A stretch of 63,951 bases of DNA, filler included, from Aduncisulcus paluster (lineage: Eukaryota): the NCBI GenBank assembly GCA_024181965.1. It is 13 parts of 13 records of this genome, joined end to end, with 100 filler letters (N's around TTAATTAATTAA, not from the genome) between each part and the next. Parts side by side here need not be neighbours in the genome. Positions count along the whole stretch, not along the records: positions 58,942 to 60,624 come from BQXS01012009.1; positions 60,725 to 62,413 come from BQXS01012010.1; positions 62,514 to 63,951 come from BQXS01012027.1; 10 more parts are not named here. One strand, written 5' to 3'. Position 1 is the stretch's first letter. Each line of letters opens with the position of its first letter. Of this stretch, positions 58,942 to 63,951 are shown piece after piece. The translations under genes and the position numbers were made by a program. The notes beneath the pieces are model-generated. The model did not search any database and was not told the DNA's origin. It saw only the letters and a program-made list of their open reading frames with translations.

Positions 58942-59475
58942 CCACCATTGTCTCTGAAAATAATTGACAAATTGACATAACTGCCCCTCGCTTAACTCAT
59001 TTGAATCTCGAATAACACATCAATAACATCAATAACATCAATGCTGTTCTTATTCCCCAATCTGTGTGTCGCATCATCTTATTCTTGGATGATGATTCTT
59101 GATTCGTGATCTTTCCTTTGTTTTGCCGAATCCAAGCCTTTCCCTTCTCCTTGAATCATAAGAAGAGAACTAGAACTGGGTCTGGTCCTATGAAGTCTAT
59201 TCTTTTTATTCTTGACTTCACCAATCTCCTATCTATGAGTAAATTTCCCCCCTTTTACCCCCATCCGTGGGGGTCCCCCCTGTACGGTGGTTGCACTGTA
59301 CATTTCTTTATTATATTTTTTTCCCAAAAAAACAACAAACAAAAAAAAAATACAAACTTTCCACCGGCGGTGGCTGAGAAAAGTGGGGGAGCCTCTACCA
59401 AAAAAATATTATCTTATTTGGTTTGTTCTATTTCTTCTTGATGCGTGTGTTGATTGATCTGTGATATATATTCAT
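58942..59475 (-). repeat. Diverged, inverted copy of the same repeat on a separate contig
   Basis: Reverse complement of about 56270-56815 with substitutions and indels in the flanks. The hairpin core 59241-59399 is nearly identical. Confidence 0.9.
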
Positions 59476-59656
59476 GTCATCTACTTATTATCGAAAATGT
59501 CTTGCTCGATTTAAACAGGATAATATAAATCATATAATGTAATAATAGCATTTTCAAAATATATTTGTTAATAATTTAACAAAATAATATGTATTGATCA
59601 TTTTATTCTTTTGTTTGCACCTTTTCAACATTTTTGTCGTTTTTGCACTAGACAAA

Positions 59657-59839
59657 ATGGAAGCCTTCCAAAAGTTTGTCAGAGATAACTTATTGAAGGA
59701 ATTGAAGGAGTTTGAAGAGGAAAGTCTTGCGTTAGCCTCACAACTCACAGCAGCAACAAAAGAGAGGCACAGCCGTTTGAAAAATCTGATTTCCAAAGAT
59801 CTTTCAACTGGATCCGATTGCTGCAACCATGAATCATAA
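59657..59839 (+). CDS. Small hypothetical coiled-coil ORF (60 aa)
   Basis: aaaATG context; MEAFQKFVRDNLLKELKEFEEESLAL...; higher GC than the flanks. Confidence 0.35.
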   Translation: MEAFQKFVRDNLLKELKEFEEESLALASQLTAATKERHSRLKNLISKDLSTGSDCCNHES

Positions 59840-61217
59840 CAAAAGCCATGTGTCATATATGAAACAATTGATTTGAGAAAACTGAATTGACATGGTTAAA
59901 ATAAACAAACAAATCAATTTTTTTTTCAACTAGCGAATTGAAAACAATATCTTTATATTTTCAAGAAGGTTTCTTTAGATAACAGAAAGAAAGGATTATT
60001 GATACAAATATGGATAAAATACCACTCTATAATATCGAAATAAAGAATTAAAATGAAGTATAACATTTAATATTTTGGTGGATTATATTTTTCCCTATTA
60101 TTTCTCCCATCATTGACAAATTGTGGTAGTACTAAACAAATAAACCTAAAAATCTTTTATACGGATCGTAACGGTTCCACAATTTATTAAATATCTGATC
60201 GGGCGGTAATCAACCGGTACCGCCTGTGCCCAGCCGCCGCCAACACCCTCCTCAACTCTCTTCAAGGATGACCGTGGTCACCCTTAGAGGTAGGGTGGTG
60301 CGTGACTGTTACTGCACCTCCTTCTCCTGCACCTGCAGCCTCACTGCTGCCCAGTCTGTGCTCAGTATCAGGTATCAATGTCCCGGTAGACATCAGGTAC
60401 TGCATTCTGCAGCACAATCACCCGACTTGTTCCTGTGAAAAGATACGGAAACCCACGTGTTCGCGGGAGAAACCTATTTCAGAACAACACAGGAAAGGGT
60501 CACACTATTTCTAGTGGTCAGTTGAACATATGGCTTCAGCGTGCGCATCACTGTCACCAAACTCTCAGTCATCGATTGCAATCGAATAGAAATCTGCCAC
60601 CTCAGGGTAGTCTTGCACGTACTGNNNNNNNNNNNNNNNNNNNNNNNNNNNNNNNNNNNNNNNNNNNNTTAATTAATTAANNNNNNNNNNNNNNNNNNNN
60701 NNNNNNNNNNNNNNNNNNNNNNNNATAGGAAAAAAAATACAAAGAATCTTTCTTTGAACTTGCGAGAAACCAGCAATCAACTTTCTATTCAATTATTCAT
60801 CAATCAATATCTATTTTGACCTCAAATTCAATATCGTTACGGCCATAAAAAATTTTTAATAATTTATCTTGGCAGAATAACATCTTCGAAGTGAGTTGAC
60901 GATGTTTTTATTACAACTTTTTGATTGAATCGAAATAACGTATATAAAAATGATAAAATAATTCCTCGATCGAAGAAAATGAAATGAACCTATTCTAATA
61001 ATCTAATAGGACTCAGATGCGGTTGAAAAGTAAAATTTTAAAAAAAAACTAATAACGTCAATCTAGTAAGACACACACAAAAAAAATACAATTTTCAACC
61101 AAAAGATAATAAATAAAATAAAATAATACTGAACAGAACAAATAAAAATAAAAAATAAAAAAATAATAGATATCAGCCATCGATGTTAGTTTCCAATACT
61201 ATTTGTATTTAATAATC

Positions 61218-62413
61218 TCAGAGTTTATCAATTTGTTCCCATCTAGACCCAAGGACTCCCCTAAGATAACGGGGTGGCTGTGCAGTGTCGGGCATGTCAA
61301 ACTTCTTGGATTTTTTCTTGTAAGGCATTGAAGTAATTAAATGTCCAGGTTTCTTCCATGACTTCTTGCCAATAATGGACCCAAGAATAGGTTTGCGAGA
61401 AGATATTCGATATGCTGGTGCACTCTGTGCTCCTGAGGGGATCATTTCCTCGGGCGATGGAGGTTCCGTTACGGATGTGAGACGAGAGCATGATGAAGAA
61501 CTAATCAGTTTCTTGTATCTTGAGGTGCTCTGAGGAGGCTTTCGATGACCAATAGGAATGGGAGGCATCGAAGAAAAGGCATGGGTGGGAAGAAGAAGAA
61601 GTTGGACCACGACTTGTTAGATCTCCGGGTCGAATAATATTGGCGGTCGGGTCATTTGAGAGTTCATATCCTGTCCGATCAACGTCTCCGTCATCATCCT
61701 CATAATAATAGTCACGAGTTGTGATGGAGGAGAACTTTAAGCCCTGTTGAATGTCACCGCTACTGACAACACGTCTAGGATCACGGCTCTTCTTTTCAGA
61801 TATATACCCCATCGAACGTTTAGGGCTTGAGGAAGAGGTATCATAGGGACTATAGCCTCTGGTTGGAGAAGGAGGACTCCCTGATATTGAAGAATGTGGA
61901 GATCCACCCAATCCGTGCCTCTTCTTCTCTTTCTCTTTCTTCTCAAGCCATTTGGACTCCCTTTCTTCGATTCTCCTCATAAGATTCTCACGTAGACGTT
62001 CTTCCATGTCACGTTTCTCTTGCATTATTCTCATTCTCTCAGCGGACGCAGCTCTTTCTTTTTCGTACAAAAGTCTTTTCTTTGCTAACAGTTCAGCTTT
62101 TCTCTTCTTAGCTTCTTTTTCCTTGAGAGCCCTCTCTGTACGAATTTTGATCTCTTTTTCTCTCTCCTCTTCTTTCCTTCGTTGCCGCTCTTTCTCAAGC
62201 TTATCATTAAGCTCCTGTTTTCTCCTTTGCACGTCAGCTTCAAACGTTTGTCTTCGTATTTCAGAGGCTCTCCTTCTCTCCTTTTCTTGCTCTTCCCGAC
62301 GAAGCAATTCAAGCTCGAGACGTTCATCTTCGGCCAATTGACGTTTATGCTCATCGATGCGCCTTCTCGCTTGTTCTTCACGCTTGGCCTTCTCGATTTG
62401 CTCTTTCTTCCGG
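61218..62413 (-). CDS. Hypothetical charged coiled-coil protein, 5'-partial, probable frameshift near 61585
   Basis: The E/R/K-rich ORF ending at 61501 overlaps a second frame (61610-61218) that continues coding-like sequence to the AT-rich 3' region. Confidence 0.7.
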
Positions 62414-62514
62414 NNNNNNNNNNNNNNNNNNNNNNNNNNNNNNNNNNNNNNNNNNNNTTAATTAATTAANNNNNNNNNNNNNNNNNNNNNNNNNNNNNNN
62501 NNNNNNNNNNNNNC

Positions 62515-62958
62515 CTCCATCCTTCGGTTGCTCTCGGAGCCAAACCAGACCTTAGTACTGCTCTTCTTACTCTCTGTAGACACTATATCCATGTCGATTC
62601 GAGGCTTGTTTTCACTGCTCTGCCAGACGCTCTTCCTGTGAGAGAACTCAGGCCATATATTGGGGTCATGTTAAGTCATTTACAATTGGAGAGAAGGAAG
62701 ATGGTACTGAAGCGTGGATTGTTGAGTGCTCGATACACTTCCCTTGAAAAACGACTGATTGATGCAAGAAATGTCAACTTTGAGGTTGACAAATTCTCAG
62801 TTTGCCAAGTATGCGGTGGACGGATTGGTACAAGACCTTTCACGGTATATCCAAACGGATTTATCGCTTGTGAGGAATGTGGAGATCGGCAGACCGATAA
62901 TATCGGGACATATCAGAAAGAATTCGAAATCCTTAGCAAAATTGATGGGAAATTGTAG
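62515..62958 (+). CDS. VPS39: Vps39/Vam6/TGFBRAP1-like C-terminal region with zinc finger, 5'-partial
   Basis: ALPDALPVREL..YI...L...CQVCGGRIGTRPFTVYPNGFIACEEC matches the Vps39 C-terminal domain pattern. Confidence 0.8.
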   Translation, partial: LHPSVALGAKPDLSTALLTLCRHYIHVDSRLVFTALPDALPVRELRPYIGVMLSHLQLERRKMVLKRGLLSARYTSLEKRLIDARNVNFEVDKFSVCQVCGGRIGTRPFTVYPNGFIACEECGDRQTDNIGTYQKEFEILSKIDGKL

Positions 62959-63630
62959 AGAGAATCATTATTTTTTTGAGTCATTCAGCATCATTAGTGT
63001 TTGGAATGTTCCAATATTAGATTATTGTGCAATTATTATTTATTTTTTTTCATTGGAATGATTCTATTTGGGCGATATGTTGGAATTCTTGGAGAATCTT
63101 CAATGATTTGAACTTCAACACTCAATCAATATTAGGATATCAAAATAAAAGCTTCATTAAATGGTTAAATAATTTAACTTAAATTAACCGAGATTCGTCA
63201 CAGACATTATGACAGATGCCCCTCATTCCAAAGACAAGGAACACAGATCACAGGTCCCAAAAGCCTGAGATATCGAGAATAAACACCATGGCATGGAAAT
63301 GAAAATAAAACATGTTTTTATCGTTTACCAGCATTTAACTCGTTTATATGTGTTTTTTTAAATTTCCAATCTTATCTATTGAAGGGTTGCTTGTTCAGTT
63401 GTTGGCGGCTGAGACCGATGTCCATTTTTTCTTGGCAAGCAAGCAAATCGTATGTTTACTATATGTCATTTCTTTTATTAAATGTATATTAAGAAATATT
63501 TTAACCGGATTCATTCATTTTTCTGCTCGTTTTTATTTTTTTAAGATATTCTATCTATTCAAATGATAGGGGAATTTCCGAATAGGGGGGGTATTTCGAA
63601 ATAAAAGGGTAATAAACTTTATTAGTTAGG

Positions 63631-63740
63631 AATAAACTTTATTGCCGACCAATTTCGAAATTGACCCCCAATTTCGAAATAGCTAGGGAATTAATGAAAT
63701 TGCGCAGCAATTTTGAAATTGGTCGGCAATAAAGTTTATT
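63631..63740. repeat. 33-bp inverted repeat (1 mismatch) with 44-bp spacer
   Basis: AATAAACTTTATTGCCGACCAATTTCGAAATTG (63631-63663) versus CAATTTTGAAATTGGTCGGCAATAAAGTTTATT (63708-63740). Confidence 0.92.
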
Positions 63741-63761
63741 GGTGGTTTGTACAGCAAATCG

Positions 63762-63951
63762 ATGTCATTTAGAGCATCATTGGATTTAGAAAGGGCTTCT
63801 CAAGCGATACAAGATGCTGAGATTGTTGATCATATGGATCATTTGATGACACATCCCTTAGAACCCCAAAGCCGACGCAGCCAACATGGATGTAAGTGTA
63901 TATACATTCGAGAAGCTTATATGGAAGCAAATGATGAAGATTTTAAGTTCT
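63762..63951 (+). CDS. ORF open to window end, possibly a transposase N-terminus
   Basis: MSFRASLDLERASQAIQDAEIVDHMDHLMTHPLEPQSRRSQHGCKCIYIREAYMEANDEDFKF, with no stop before the window edge. Confidence 0.4.
   Translation, partial: MSFRASLDLERASQAIQDAEIVDHMDHLMTHPLEPQSRRSQHGCKCIYIREAYMEANDEDFKF

Noticed and set aside
59356..59384. Hammerhead-like arrangement (ACUU-U, stem CCACC/GGUGG, CUGA, GAAA-AGU) in the hairpin repeat
   Set aside because: It lacks the NGA of CUGANGA and all of stem II, so the catalytic core is incomplete.
60200..60235. Resemblance to SRP RNA Alu domain (GGGC...GCCTGT.CCCAGC)
   Set aside because: Short match only; no recognisable S-domain helix 8 or Pol III terminator downstream.

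Overview
This window is not one locus. It is 13 unrelated contigs or scaffold pieces of a eukaryotic genome, joined by an artificial 100-nt linker (N44-TTAATTAATTAA-N44, stops in all six frames). It also has eight ~20-N gaps; at least six are flanked by duplicated overlap sequence. Gene content (axonemal dynein, COP-alpha, AP sigma, BEACH, Vps39, Cse1, ThrRS) and long intron-free ORFs in the standard code point to an intron-poor flagellated protist. The Ser/Cys-rich LRR-EGF proteins suggest a Fornicata/Carpediemonas-like lineage, but that is inference only. Contig 1 is a transposon graveyard: a Ty3/Gypsy chromovirus integrase-LTR-PBS-gag junction, CACTA-like and Tc1/IS630 fragments, and a DEAH helicase fragment. 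The most interesting items not shown by the ORF track are: an intron-split 35-aa membrane microprotein gene (SMIM30-like C-terminus); a multi-copy, multi-hairpin non-coding element; a 141-nt G.U-containing hairpin; a tRNA-Leu-like relic; and a 33-bp inverted repeat upstream of an ORF at the window end. Also notable are a putative dual-anchored 66-aa microprotein and an in-frame 426-bp tandem duplication in ThrRS. I found no evidence for a coherent multi-gene novel system, and adjacency across linkers is meaningless.
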